From positions 7,093,846-7,157,845 of the forward strand of contig CM082577.2 in assembly GCA_040954595.2 (NCBI GenBank): DNA of 64,000 nt, written 5' to 3'. Shown piece by piece: positions 15,226-29,722 of this stretch. The notes beneath the pieces are model-generated. The model was not told the origin of the DNA, did not search any database, and saw only the letters and a program-made list of their open reading frames with translations. Source of the DNA: Balanoglossus misakiensis. Its lineage: Eukaryota; Animalia; Hemichordata. How positions within the stretch are numbered: position 1 is the stretch's first letter; each line of letters begins with the position of its first letter. Both the position numbers and the translations under genes were made by a program.

Positions 15226-16889
15226 AGTCTTCCCGGTGAACGAGTGTGCGCGCCGCTAGACAAATTTTATGCGGAGAACGTCAAAAAAAAAAAAATATTT
15301 TGCCTGACCTGTTTTCAGCAATGTGTTAGTATCTTTGTTTGTACAGGACACCATATTGTCGATTGAAGGATGTGTCAGTTGCACATTAGAATACCTTCAT
15401 GCGAAATTGCCTGGGCCGCATTCAATGGAAAATGTCGTTTTAAAGCGATCCCACATTGTCGTCTGAACAAATGTGAAAAAGATGAAGGTAGAATAGAAAC
15501 ATACGACCGCCGCGATTGACAACCTCCGGTGTTCATAGCATAGCTTTCATTCCGAAGAAGGCAGAACACAAAACCCACCTCAAAGGAGACATGCTATACG
15601 GCTGAATACCAAAGCTTTTTTTAGGTGGATGCCGACATGTATAGGCATCCTTCACCGACGATTCTAATAACGCGGAAAATTCCCTCCATTTTTCTTTGAT
15701 GTGCACTCGTTCTCGTTTACGCGGAGAGTAGTGGTTCGTTGTAATGAGCCTCATAAGCAGGAAGGACCTTTATGCCGGGATAATCTAGTAATTAGATTTG
15801 CCTACCCCATCCAAGTGGAATGTCTTCCTCACCATCAGCATTCTTGCTCCGTGAGGCGAGGTCTTCAGCAAAGGTAAATGTACGGTTAATGTACCAACCC
15901 ATATACTGCCACAGCCATGATGCTCCAGATTTAATAGCACCAGCTGCCTACATAACACCAGCTGAAGCATTCCTCACCTTGTCTGTGTGGTATTTAAAAT
16001 CAGGGCTATACATGTAAGGTTAAGGGCCAAAAAAGTATGTACAAAAAATATATTAATGAACAGTGTACTGTATGGGAAACAACAAGGGCCATTGCTGGTG
16101 ATTCGCTACCAACGCGAAGGTTTTGTTTCGAGATCTCGCCAGAATGTTAACTGCCTATAGTCACGCGAGAGCTCACAGTGTCTCATGTAGTTTGAAAAAT
16201 GGTCTATTATTTGGCATTCTCAGAAACTTACAAACTGCATACAAGAACACAAGCCACAGTTAAAGTGATAGGTATATTTTTGTATTCATGGTGAACTGCA
16301 ATAGTTCAACGCATGCGTGGATTTTAGTCTAGTGAAAGACATGCATACATGGCCTGTTGGACTGATTATAGGCAATTAATTAATGGAGTGTGTGACAAAA
16401 TTCCACATATCTTATTCTTAACTGCCAACCCATGATGTTGACTAAATTCTGGTTTTAGTTTGAGAATAAAAGACCGAGAACTCCGGTGTCTTTATCATTC
16501 GTCGCCATGGCAGCTTCGCAGTGAAGACTCTAAAGTACAGAACGTGTAGCATTTCTGAGTACTCAACAGAATGGCGGCCCTGCAGCGGTAGTAGTAGTAG
16601 TAGATTGTAAGGATTCCCCAATGGTTTGCATTCTGTGGTCTCTGGGAGAAAGATTCATGGAATGAATGTATACAAATCCAAAGCTATACACACTGTAGTA
16701 GGAGATGAAATTTGTGAATTAGAAGCACAGCTACATCATGGACATAACAAAACACCAATTTGAAAGTGAAATACGAGTATACTAATACACATCAACAAAT
16801 ACAATTTCACAGATATAAATACAATCAAGGACACACAACACGAATCAATACGTAAACCTAATATCAATCGACCTTAAGCCTAACTTTCT

Positions 16890-16986
16890 GCCTACCTACT
16901 TTCCCTGACCCACCACGCTTACCTGGCACCCACCTGCCAACCTACAATGTACCTACCTCACCTAGTACCTACCTACCTACTTACCT
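16890..16986. repeat. Degenerate (CCTA)n microsatellite
   Basis: cctacctac..acctacctca..tacctacctacctacttacc, located next to the LINE fragment. Confidence 0.7.
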
Positions 16987-17049
16987 TCATGAAATGGAAT
17001 TGGCTTCCTGTGCAATTAATCGCGGAGAGAAATCTGCGCAAGGGCTCTG

Positions 17050-17480
17050 GTAATAAGATAATGACAGACCCTGGCAGGAACACATCCCCCTTAATTCATG
17101 GTGACACACGTCAGCAAATCAAGACCCCTATCTAATTAGAAATGTGATCTTTCATGGGAATCCAATTTAGCATTGCAAACATTTCAATATTTGCTGTGGA
17201 GAAGGCATGTTTGCTATTAATCCCAAGAATGGGTGGATTAGATTGCATTCTTCCAGAGCATTGGAATTTCCTGGTCCAGATCATGGTGGCAAGGGCGTAC
17301 TGGAAAACGACGATGATCACGTAGATATGCCGTAAGATGCCTCGGTAGGGTTTCCAAGAAAAATGAAACTTCCGTCCCCTGTTGACGCCATCTCATGCAT
17401 CTGACACAGTACAAATCACCACCATTGAATGATGAAGTCTTTATAGTGATCCCAAACCAATTAAATATTCATTTTGTATA
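17050..17480 (-). mobile_element. Highly decayed non-LTR retrotransposon fragment (L2/Crack/CR1-group ORF2, region C-terminal to the RT core)
   Basis: Minus-strand translation gives ..FGITIKTSS.. then KPYRGILRHIYVIIVVFQY..TMIW..GRMQ..ILG..EMFAMLNWIPMKDHISN*IGVLIC*..L.GCVPARVCHYL. This is colinear with the L2/Crack pattern LGVTID..L.W / KPYL..L..IY..LI.P.FDY...W / LQ..A.RIILG / F..LNWLP...RI.YK..VL..K.L.G..P.YL. It contains stops and frameshifts. Recognised from memory of the family, not from a search. Confidence 0.6.
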
Positions 17481-20208
17481 GGTGGTAGCTTAAGTAGGGT
17501 TAACGAACGGATAACTACTAACGACGTCTTAAAGAGGAGTATGTTGAGAAAGATTTTTACGACCAGTTCATGAATGTTCCTGTTCACCGCTGTAGTACAT
17601 GTATAGGAAGCCAAAGCTTATTCTAACACATGACATATTGTGTGAGGAAAGACTTCAGTTTGTTTTGTATAGATTTTACGGAAGGTTTCATAACTTCCGC
17701 TATTTGCTACTTTAAGGGACCACTATGTTTTTGAAACTATCGCTTCATGTCAGGAACTCTCCAGTAGGATTCTTCTTCCCAGAACTCATATGTCCTTACT
17801 CGGCACACAGTAGAGTAGGTACTCGGGTTTTCTCTTCCAAGACAGAAGCCTTGTGGCAAAGTAGCAATCCGTCGCCGAGACAACCGAACCAGCAAATTCC
17901 TCTTGGCGTTATCTTGTTCCAGTGCCAGGCCCTTTTATCTTCAGACGGCCCCTCCACACAGTTTCCTTGTAAATTAACAACCACTCGGGTGGGAAGGGTG
18001 CGTCTTTGAACACACGTTAGATATGTCAAGGAGATTGAAAGTGCTGCGTACTTGCATGTGTTTGTGCGACTAAAATCAATAAGGACGGCAGTGTGAACTT
18101 TTAGTCAACGCGTTACGAGTTTTTGAAGTAGGGGTAGCTGACGATACGCGTCATCGAGATGCTACAGGAGTTCATATTAAAGAAATTGATACTTGAGAGA
18201 AGAAAAATAAGCTGCCCACGTATCCCTCAGCTTGCAGTTCTGTAAACAAGTTTGTAACTATAGTTACCCGGGCGTGGCACATGCGCGAGGTTTAATCAGA
18301 GTCGTAAACCACAGCGGTGCGTGTTGTGTTCGCCACCCGCCAAAGCGGTGATAATGTCAAATTGATGGAATGTGTACCACAGTTCTACAGCGCCAAAGGT
18401 ACGGCCACAAAATATCTCTGGTGACATGTCAAGTGTTTACACGGTATCAAACCTAAATTGAGCAAAAACAAATCGCATTACTTCCCTACTCTCGTGTGCG
18501 TCAGATGTAATGTGGGCGAGACTTCCTGTAGAATTCAAACATCAGGTAAATACCTGCATCAAGGGAAGTTACAGGGTATGGACTTTTTTTGCAATACCTG
18601 TAGAATGTTCTTTGATGTAGGCATGCTGTACGTGAGAAGGAATATTACAAAGACGACAAACTTGAAAATATTCTTTGGTCGAAATTATCCTCCTGTAAGA
18701 TGCAAAACGGTTTCGCAAGTAATTATCTTGGCGAGAGTATGATACCCCGGAGAAAATGCAAAACGCTGGCAACAAATGTCGTCTTTATTAGCATTTGCGT
18801 GCTGCAGCACCTTTACCCTTTCGGGGAATTTGCAGGGGAACGTAATGAACGGAGGTTGCAGTTTTTCAGCGCATAATTTGATGCTCAATAAGATCTGCAA
18901 TTGTGACCGCCGTATCGCGATCATTAATTTTCTGCCGCCGAGACCGTACATGATTATTCGCCGTATGATTTGAAGAAGGAAAAAAAATCGCCGTTCAAAT
19001 TTTGTCATGCGTGTGATAAAGGCGAATTCTATTCAATGCGGGCTGAGGCGAATCTAATGGATGGAATTTCCAAAGAACCATTGAAGATATGTGAGGCTTC
19101 ATGTAGCACTGCGGATACCGGCTATACGTTTCGTTAAATAGCCCCGATTGAAAAGCGTCTGCCAAAAGGTTATCGACTGTACAGTTGTAGGTAACCAGAT
19201 CATCATAGTCGCGCATCGTATGCTAGTACACTATTGATCATTTGACTCACATCTGCAACAGTTCTATTGTTGAAAAATGAAAATGGCCAACCGGCTAATG
19301 AATATGCATTATGATAATTATACAGATTGTTCAGGATTAGATGAATCAAATTAGATTATTATAATTGAGGTGTTATTTGAAAAATAGCATTACTTCAGGC
19401 AAAACGTCGTCATTTTGCTGACATTTACGACAGCGCTGTATTAGTCAAAGGCAGGCGAACAAAAGGTCGGAGTTTACAGCTTCAGAGGTAGGCGAACTGT
19501 GCTCATTTTCTTGACACTTAGTTCACCTCTCTAAGCATAAAGGTCAGAGAAGATATAACTAAAGACAAATAATGCAGCAGGGGGAATCGGTGAGCGGAGC
19601 ACAGACACCGCCCGCTGCGCGATGAATGATACGTCCGTCGGTGAACGGTATAAAAGAAGACGGTAAACAGGAGTTACGAGCACACATAATCTCTAATATG
19701 GGGGAGGGAGCGCTCTTTGGGAATTCGGAGAATGTCGATCATACAGGTTCACGATCATGGCCGCGGCAAGTGATCAGGATTCCGGGGAGCTTTACTTACA
19801 TGTACCTGTATACGTCGCGCCCCAGCGGACTGATAAAGCGTTTAAGAACTGCGCAAGAGCTCCTTCGCGTACTTTTATTTGCGTCTGATTGGCATCGGCT
19901 GCTATAGACACGGCCATTTCGGTCGCCATCTACACTAGTCTGTTGTGGTTGCAATCATATTCCGTGGCTTCAGCCTTGCCACTGAACATTTTCATCCACG
20001 CAAATTTATCAGTACTCGCTGTAGGGGTACCTATATAAGAAGAGTCAGCCGTGTCATGTACAATAATATCTTTTCTGAAGAATTTCGCTTTCCATCTAAT
20101 AGCTAGTTGTTCCTATCCCGAGGCAGGAAATGGAAATTCACTATACACAATGCCCCACTCATTACATCTGAGAAAACGACAATTTCATAAAATGCATTTT
20201 TTTTTCTC

Positions 20209-20369
20209 GTTACCCGGTAACCTTACCGTATATACCTTGTATTAGTGTGATTACTTTCCCCCCTCTGAACTCGAAGCACACATATCATGAGAAGATGCTG
20301 AGCGACAGGCCTGACACTGAAGTCTGGATAAATGTGGTCGCGCCATACCTGGATAGTTACTATGGTACC
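20209..20369. promoter_or_regulatory. Pair of strong RFX X-box-like sites
   Basis: GTTACCCGGTAAC (20209-20221) has perfect inverted half-sites with a 1-nt spacer. GTTACTATGGTACC (20356-20369) matches GTTACTATGGTAAC at 13/14. Confidence 0.45.
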
Positions 20370-23300
20370 TCGCTCCCCTTACGTGGTGATCTGTACAATC
20401 GTTCCTAGAAAAGAGTTTTTAAAACCCTAGATTCTCTCTGTCAGGATATGGCATTCTGTGATGAATGCTTTGAAGATGGGCTTTGACGTTTTTGACAGAA
20501 AATACATTACTTTCGATGTTATGTCACAAGAAGTGATTGCTTAGAAGAAAAGGGAGACGTTTTATACTAATTTTAGTACAAATTTGTGTACATACTATAG
20601 CAGATGAGTTTTAGCTGCATACAACCTGTGGCCATCTTAGGCTCCTCTGTCATTCTCTGGAAACAAAACGTTTTTGCATTCACTCGTTTTCTTCTCCATC
20701 TCAGAGACCAATTAGTCGTGCCCTGAAATCAACTTAAAGTCTCATAATTTGCCAGACGAGGTTATAAAAACGCCTTTTTGTCGGAAGGCTCCCTTGTTTG
20801 CACGGTTAAGACTACTTTGGAGTGCTACTAAGGCAGGAAATCAGACAAATTGGCGTTGACACCAGCGAGACGAGAAGTCTGCTGGCTGAACGGGCAGACA
20901 CATTTCTGGATAAAAAAATTCAGAGTGGTGAACGCTTCACAACATTTTCGCGTTGCAATCACAAGGCTACAACTAGTTTGTAAATTGAAAGAGCCTCATA
21001 GCATTCTAATTCAGCCAACCGTGACCCTTTTCTCCCAGTACAAAAAAGTCTTCTGTAGCGAACAACTCGGATCAATTTGATTTATATTGCCAAAATGTTT
21101 TCCCAATGAAAGCATATCCGAATTTCAAACATGTACATTGTAAGTGAATTACAAAAGTTTTATTTGATGTATAGTCACGTATCGTATGCGTGTAATATTG
21201 TTTCAGTTTTAATCATTTTTTCTCGTTTAAAACCTTTCAATCTTCACAATCTGGACAATTCATTTCCTCTCCGTATTCAGGGGTATTCATACTGACACTG
21301 ACACTTACCCACCCACATACACACACAGGCACATACACACAACTCAGTTTAAGTACCTGAATATAAACGCGTAGTTTGAGAATGACTGCGCGCTCCCAAT
21401 GGCATTGTGGAAATTGTATACACATAACCCTTCGGGCTAACGGCGACTATGAAAGGCCACCGGTGTATGTTAAAGCTTCCTGGCCGCCAAGACGCAGCGA
21501 TGAATCATTCTGCCGCCTTAATTTGCCGAAAAGCCAATCTTGGAAACCTAATCCAAAAGTTTTGACAAAACATAACAACTTTAACTGATCTTTGATTACG
21601 GGAATAATTTGCTTTATGGCGAGGGGGAGGCAACTACACATGCATTTGATGGCGATGCTTTACTAGATTTCCGTCTTGACCAACGGAGAAGCAGCTGAGC
21701 ACATTTATTTTTAGATTTACAGATATTATGCAAGAAAACTGTTCCATATTCCCCCTTTTGTAACCAATAATTTCTGTTCAGTTTCTGATTTAAATCACTT
21801 GGCAAAATTAAAACCAAATTAAATATTGTTTTGCCTTTGCGCAGTTTCCTCTTTTCCTCGACTGCTTTTATTTTCCTGCCAGCAGGCATACCGATCTGTT
21901 TTGAAGACCTTTGCATAGACATTTGCTCTTTTCCCCCTTTTCAAGTGGAGCGGTGGTTCTGACCAATTCAGACGTATCAAATCCACCCAACACATGACTA
22001 GAATGCTTATTCTAGTATGGCATTGATATCACACAGTCGCTCAGCACAAACAGTTGACGTGGTTCGCGTCGAACATTCAATTTGACAGAAAATCGTGCGC
22101 GTGGCCTCTTGGGGGGTATGTGAAAATGAAATTTTATTTTGCAGTGTATATCCCTTGTAAGGGTCAATCTCATGAAAATAACCTTGTTTTTTTTATTTTA
22201 CCATTTGCGGCACACAAGAATACGTATCCCTTACCCACAAATAGATAAGGGAAAAGCAGTGAGAATCAAAGTGCTTTGCTCATTAGGACATAACATTGAG
22301 AACTCACCGTCTTCTGAGCGGATAGTGCCACTGGACACTATGCCTTCGATGCAAGAACTAACTTAACATGTTATAGGCCTACAGCTGAACAGGATCACTA
22401 CATATCCAAGCCTAGGAGATGTGTGGCACTTTAGATGAATTGTGGAATATTTTAGCCAAATTGGTACAAAATCCTTGCCCCACTATTTGCGAAATTGAAA
22501 TAAGGACATCAGCGAACGTCACCATTCCAATCACGTGATGAAGTCATTGGTCGATCGAGCTCGCTCGGCACTGCTGTATTGCAGCATTGCGTGAACACAC
22601 GTACACATGGGCCATTAATTTCTCTCGTCGAAGTAAGTGTACCATAACTGTATACAGATTGACTTATAGCCATTTACATGCACATTTTAAATGATTTTTC
22701 TATTGAATATTTTTTGGGAATTTATGACATGTGCATGTTAAATCCACTTAAATTTCCTCATTTGCATAACATTGAAATTGAAGTTTGTCATACTTATCAA
22801 TCTAACAGATATGAAATTAATTGCCAATTTGCATGTTTAATGTTCAGATAGTACCGGTAATACTATACTTCCAGATAAGACGACTGTACTGTGGCATTTC
22901 ACAATTTCTTGTAAAAACATGCTTCTTTGCATATATGAACATTTTCGATTAGCGATATAAATCCACAATCGCCGCAAAAATATGTGTAAACTATTGATAC
23001 AAATATTGATCTTTGAAAGATCTTACTATATTAGAAGACATATAGGTTATACCCGGACTAACCGATGTGCATATTTAATTCAGATTTTATTTATTACCAT
23101 ACGTTCATTTCTTAATTGCTGAGCCACAACCTGCTGTCACTGTAGTGGTTCTTTTGTATGCATAATAATGATTCACAACATGTAAGCCATGTGAGCACAT
23201 TCAGGTCACACCTGTTTTGATTTATTTTCAAAAATTAATAAAAGCTTATAAGACCAGTCTTCTGCTACTTTTGTATGAGGCGAATCAACTGCGAATACTC

Positions 23301-26300
23301 AGCACCTGATGTTTCAAATAGCAAGCTGGATTTAGGACGAGTTTCCACAACTAGAACAGCATGTTTCAGGCAAGAGATTTCCGTTGATCGATTCTTGTTG
23401 CATTGATCCTGTTCCTTTGACCTATTTCGATCATCAAACGTACACAATTTTCCGTGTGTGTGTTACTTCTTGATTTTACAAGTTAGGTCAGGGAAAGCCA
23501 CAGTATTTTTTAGGAAACATACCTTGTGATTTCTGAGTGTGTCACTGCACCGGTCGTTTAGTTAGAACTGCTCCATTAATACCTTCACTGTGAACCGTGT
23601 GCAGGATGTCGATGGAGTTTCAAGACTTTATGTCAGCCAATGCATGATGTGTCTTTAAAGTACAAATGTAATGCACATATCATTTTTTACCAAACCCTAA
23701 ATCGATTCTTCGAAAGGACCACTCTGATAGCAAGTGTCATCTGCCATATATCATGCTGTACATTTTGTGAAACTTTCATGAAACAGCATAAGCTTAATTA
23801 TACCCCAACATTTGATTTTAAATGCAAATCCTAGAACCCCGTCAATGTTAAATTAAGTTTTGTTTTTATGAAGTGTATAAAACAAAGCAATTTGGGTTAT
23901 ATGATTTAGTAAAAAACCTACGAGTATGTACCAGTAGGCCCTTAAACGTATAGCATCAGTCCTCGGTTTCATCATTAATGAACATCCCTCTGGTGAGTTT
24001 TTAAAGAAGCAGTTGTCATCAATTCAGTTTATTGTTTAAGGGTATGAGACATAAACGTTTAGCAATGCCTTTGGGTGGCCGTTGCCAGGCGCAATGGCAT
24101 ATCGCCCACATGCCTGGTTTGATCAACTGAGCACTTCCATTCTCATAATATCAAATACACATACAAATTCCGCCTGATGGCCATGCCTGTAAAAAGTGAA
24201 GGGGAAGAAGTATATAACCTTACGAGCGAAAAGGAAAAATTAACTCATGCGGCATGAATGCGTAAATATGCCTCTTCTTTCAGGGGCATCGTATGATCCG
24301 CATGCCAGCAGGCAGTATGCCCAATGAGTCACCCCTCCTCCGTGCTGTAGTTATTCCTCATGTGATATTTCAAGCAACTGTTACAGACATTGACGAACTG
24401 AGAGTAGATTCCTAACGCCCACACAGTCTCCACCTGGATTGTTTGCACAGAAAGACCACACCCAGTGAGGGCCGGGCAAATTTTGGATGGATCAACACAG
24501 ATTGGATACTGGACACTAGATTCGAGATTCAATTGGAGATTCAACACATCGGATAATACTGGGACATGTTAGTAAAGTGTGAAGTGTGACGGACAATTGT
24601 TGCATTACCACTGACTGCAAAGGTTACCGAAGGATGGAATGATCATGCTAACGTTCCCAGAGCTGGCCTTCAGGCTCTTCAGCTAAGCCAAAATGCATAT
24701 ACTAGTACCATTCGATATATCACTCGAATTTAGCAGTACGACTTTGTTTACGATTACCCACCTGATAAAAATGTAGGAATGTAAACATGTTTTTACATAT
24801 AAACCTGTTTGCTTGGACTGCAGTTCGCATTTGACCTCTTTAACATATGATGACTACAGGTTTTAATACTGATGTTAAATTGTCTTTGGTGTGCTGCTAT
24901 TAATAGAAATCAATTAAGTGACAATTTGAAAGGGTTGGCTTCTTCTCACAGTGATGAATATTATCAATAGATGGCTGCGGTAGGTTTGTATTCAGTTCAA
25001 AGCGACAGTTTTATTTTTACCAGCACAAGCAATCAACTGTTTATGAGATCGGAATCCTTAACAAACAAACATTTAGTCTGGCACAAGATGCTTGGTTTTT
25101 GACACAAGTTTCAGTCACGAACAAGTAGTGGAATTTTACAACTGCTTATCCGAGTGAGCAGGGTATGCACTTTGAAACTACAGTTCTTGCAGGGACTCAT
25201 TCCTTCACTTTTGTTACATTCTGAGGAAGACATCGCCTGGTGTTTGTATGGCGTATTTCCCCAGCAACTATGGTGTGTGTTTTGCATCAAAGCGGAGTCG
25301 TGTTATCAGCACGATTTTCCCCAAAGCAGTATTTCTCACCAAAGGCAACGTACTGTAGAAACCCACACAAACCGTAAAGATAAGTTATGGGAATTTACTT
25401 TGATGTGGCTACCTAACTCAAAATCGAAAACATGCCATGTAGGGAATGGGACTCCCTAATTGATATTTTCAGCATACCACTATCGTAGCCACATCAGTCA
25501 CCTTGTTGAGTAATCGATAGCGTTACCAAATCCCACTTACTGTCGCAATAATGTGCATAATATACCAACCAAATGTTAACGTAGTAAAACCACAAATATC
25601 TTCAAAGATATACCAAATATAAATCTTAAGGTAATGCTTTATTACTAACATGCATACCACCAACCATCCTTCTATCAACTAATTATTATATCTATGAGTT
25701 TCATCGTCATCTGCTTGCTTGCCTGTATTCAGACAATAGCACTGATGCTCGACCCTTATCCTTGTGGATGATTATGGTCGTAAATGAGGACCGAATAGAC
25801 TTTTTTCTACTTAACACATAATTTATCATAGTGAACACTCCCAGTGCAGTTCTCCAATCCAATTTATCATAACCGATAAAATAACTTTTATTTTCATAAT
25901 ACTAATGAACAATAAATCATCAGACACAGGCCGATCGAGCCGTAAATAGTCGACGGGATTAATTCGTCTGATGGGTTTAATCCTCATCACTCAGGCACGC
26001 AAATGACATAAAGCAAATGGATAATATATGATAAATAGCATTATGGGACATATTTTGCTGCCTCGCAGTGATAAGCTTTCCCTTGACCTCGCAGACTCAT
26101 CGCTGCATGAATTTGCATACTGTGCATGTTTTTGTTCGTGGTCACGTTAGTCACGAACAATTTGGTCGGCACCAGGGTAAGTCCTCAGGGTTCAAGTTAC
26201 AATGAATGAAGGGCTCCATCAGTCCTCAACACTACACTATAGCTTATTAAGGGTATATACACAGTCATCTGTATGCAAATTTAGCTTCAGTTACCGTGGA

Positions 26301-27856
26301 AATGCAGATCTAACCAGTTGAAGATTTTCACTTGGGTGGACACACGAAAAAAAGTGTGCCATCACGTCGTGATTCATAAAACTTGCGCATGCCCTTTAAC
26401 CGTATAAGCATACATGTATGTAAATCAGAAGTGGCTGTAGCCCTTTAACATATCTTTGTGGCGTTTACGAAATAAATGAGCACGTTTCGCAAAATGAACA
26501 CTTTAATCATTACAGCCTTTAGGCAAATGAAGATTAGAAGGCACCCACAAAGATATATGCTTTCCCAAAGGACAATAATTCACGACATGGCCCCTTGTTG
26601 TCTGTGTATCAACAGTCTTCTTTGCATAACAATAAGTGCATGATTACAGATCTGGCCGAAAGAGAAAAAAGGTTTGCCAAATCCGGCGACGAGGACATAA
26701 TGTTGATTGGACCAACCATTCATAAAATGGAATTCTCTATTTAATCCCCCCACCAAATACACTCTTACCATATCACATTGGAAATCGATGTTTCCGAATG
26801 AGTGCACTTAACGAAATACTTCTTATTAATGCTTTAGCGGTATGTTTGCCTATTTTTTCCACAAAGGTGCCGCCTCGTGCAACACAGCCAAATTAGTCAT
26901 ACGCGTCGTCCAACAAGTTGGCAGAATATGTCGGACTCGAACATATATCAGTCCAAACACTTTGAACGAAAAGTGAAGTGTGATACAGAAAATACTACAA
27001 AAAAAGATTAGATAACGACAGTATAACTGTCCCATCATTCAAGTCTTCACTGCTGCCGCCATCATCGCCGTCTCCTTCTGGCACAGTGTGTATTTTTTCA
27101 GTAGACTATAACTTTTAGAGAGTGACTACGCAATTGTGACGTCATGTGTCACTCATTAGACACGTACATCAGGTTTCTTATCGTCTACAAGTGTTCCCAT
27201 AATGCACGAGACATACTATCGATCGATATTGATCCTACCCCAGCGCACAAATTTTCATATCGAAGGATACGTCAGGGAGTGAACATCTTGCATTAAAAAC
27301 AATGACGTTCGTAATATTTAGGGGATACCGTTTAGTATTCTTGTTTTCGCTTACATCATGATTTTTAACAAAAATTACGTCCTTAATGTACGTTTTTGAT
27401 ACTCAATATTATATTTGTCAAATAAGGAGTAAATATAAAAAATCTTTTGGTTCATATAATTTATTCCGACAGATATGTTTGTGTTTGGATTTATGATCGT
27501 GTGAGTAAAGATTTAACATAATCGTTTGATATGAGATGCGTAATGTTACATTCCTAAGGAGGACATTACCAATCCGAGTCGCCTTTCACTTAACCCAACA
27601 CATCACTGCAGGGCATGGTAATCCATTGAGTAGCTCATTGCATCATCCGGGCAGTCAGAACCCACGCAAAAGCACGTATCCTATGAACTTTGCGGCTTGT
27701 GGGGGTTGTGGCGGCAGAGTAGCATTTAATTCTCCAGCTGCTGTAGTTTGCATAATTAGATGAGGGAGTGATTCTGGCATACGTACCGGTATATGTTACA
27801 CAGTGTACACTTTACAGAGAAAGATACACTTGCAAAAATCAGCGAGCAAACATATT

Positions 27857-28186
27857 TACGCAGTAGCCATACATATCTTGGGGACAAATTTTAAGTAAAT
27901 GGATAGTTCTCCAAACCGTTCAATTCTTTGCTACATGTGTAAGGAGTTCCTTAAAAACCCTCTTGCTTTCACAAAAATCACTTCTTTGATTTATACTCCA
28001 TAAAGATTTAACACAGAGACTGGCGGCCATCTTGAATTTCAAATTTCATTCAATTTCGCTCTCATTGAACATTGTTAATGGTGACCCCTAGTTTTTCTTC
28101 TCGATTTTAGGAGAAAATGATCTTAACTTGCCATGAGCAAAATGTGAACAGATGACTTTGATTGTTAAGGCGCTTATACTACCTTA
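27857..28186 (+). mobile_element. ~330-bp non-autonomous MITE-like dispersed repeat, copy A
   Basis: Colinear with 49726-50055. The core TGGCGGCCATCTTGAATTTCAAATTT (28021-28046) matches 49890-49915 at 24/26. Both copies start GTAG..GGGACA and end AGGC..CTACCTT, consistent with degenerate TIRs. Non-coding. Confidence 0.7.
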
Positions 28187-29668
28187 GTCCCGATTGTATA
28201 AACTTGTATTACCTTGTCCAACGCTAATGTGACACTTTGACAGGCAGGCAAGAATAATATGTTGTAAAAAGGGCGTTAAAACCGCTCTGATCCATACAGC
28301 AATTTCTATCTGGCATCGAAAACGTGGAGGTCACACGCTTCTTATAAACTTACGCCAGGCAGTTCTACAAGCCTTACTACAACAGTTACCAGATATATAA
28401 TTCCGAAGGAGGCTTAAAATTAAAGCGGTTTGATTATAAACAAATAAATGTGTGTTCCAAGTCCCAATAGGCTGAAATTGATCGAACGGGCAATAATACT
28501 GGGAAATGCCACATGCATACGATCTGATGTAAACGTGTCTCAGAATAAAGCAACGCGTATCTGGAAAATTAAAGGTGTAAAGTTGCCCCATACCTTGATC
28601 AATAAAACCCGGAGGCACTCTCGTTCAAAATACATAAAAATATCGGCGATCAACCTGCCGGGCTTCTAAGCGAGAGTGAGATTTACAACCACGCACATTA
28701 AAACGGTTATCACGCTTTGTGCGATCTATGCAAAAGGCAACGCTTGATTATCTTCGTGACTGGATACAGAGCACAACCGTTCTTGTTCCGTCGTTTTAAT
28801 TTGAAAGCGTCTAGATCTGTTATTGGTAAGCCCAGCGCGATTTCTTAAATGTTGCTACCGTTGTTCCCAGAATTAATAGTCAAGTTAGACTTTTCTCGAT
28901 GAGGGCCTTCATGGATGATACATTGCGCAAGTGAGTAATAGGTGTCACATGCACGTTAATAAGATTGGACGTGTAAAGTGTCCCTTTTCTCTGGTACGAT
29001 GTGCGTACATCTATCCGATGAAACCCCATCTGCTTCCTCGCTAACAATCGCGGTTGTCTGCCAAGTATAAAGATCAGAGAAGCATCTCCCGTCAGGTCTC
29101 GAAACGTCAGAGCAATTCACACGATAAGAACACCCGAGTATAAATCTCCGCGATACGATCTCAACGAGACCCGTTTTCGCTCCACAGGGAGCAGAGTTTG
29201 CCCCGATATCATGCAAATTCCGCGATCTTAATGGTGTAACATGGAGATGTTCTCCCGGGAACGTATACGTTTTTCTGGGCATCTATCCCGACAGCCGCGT
29301 GTGCGCTGTAACGACTGCCGGCATGGCAAGACACCTTGTAAACGTGCCACATAGAAGCAATCGTCCTCGCCCGTGATTGAACGTTTTCAATTCTGGCTTA
29401 ATGGAGATGGAAGCTCTTAGCGCCATCCTTCAGCAATATTTCATCGCATCGGCAATTTGTTGCTTTTTAGAATGCCTAAGATAGCATCTTATCTTGTGAC
29501 AGCGAATAAGTTTCACCTTTAGCGCCCACAGAAGTCGTGCTGCTCAGATACCTGATTGGAATGAAATACCGCGACACTGTCTGTTGCCTACAACTCAAAA
29601 TGTCAATATGATCTGAAGCGACAAGTTTAGATTATTGTTTTGCAAGCATGATTAGCTTCTACATAGTT

Positions 29669-29722
29669 TACATACATACATGTACATGTATACATACATA
29701 CATACATACATACATACATACA
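29669..29722. repeat. (CATA)n microsatellite interrupted by TACATGTACATGTA
   Basis: Direct read of the sequence. Confidence 0.9.

Noticed and set aside
27465-27530. AGATATGTTTG resembling the start of miR-190
   Set aside because: The match ends after 11 nt and the fold-back is poor. Similar 10-11 nt matches to miR-92 (41261), miR-31 (43510), miR-1 (47590) and miR-34 (662) also lack hairpins.
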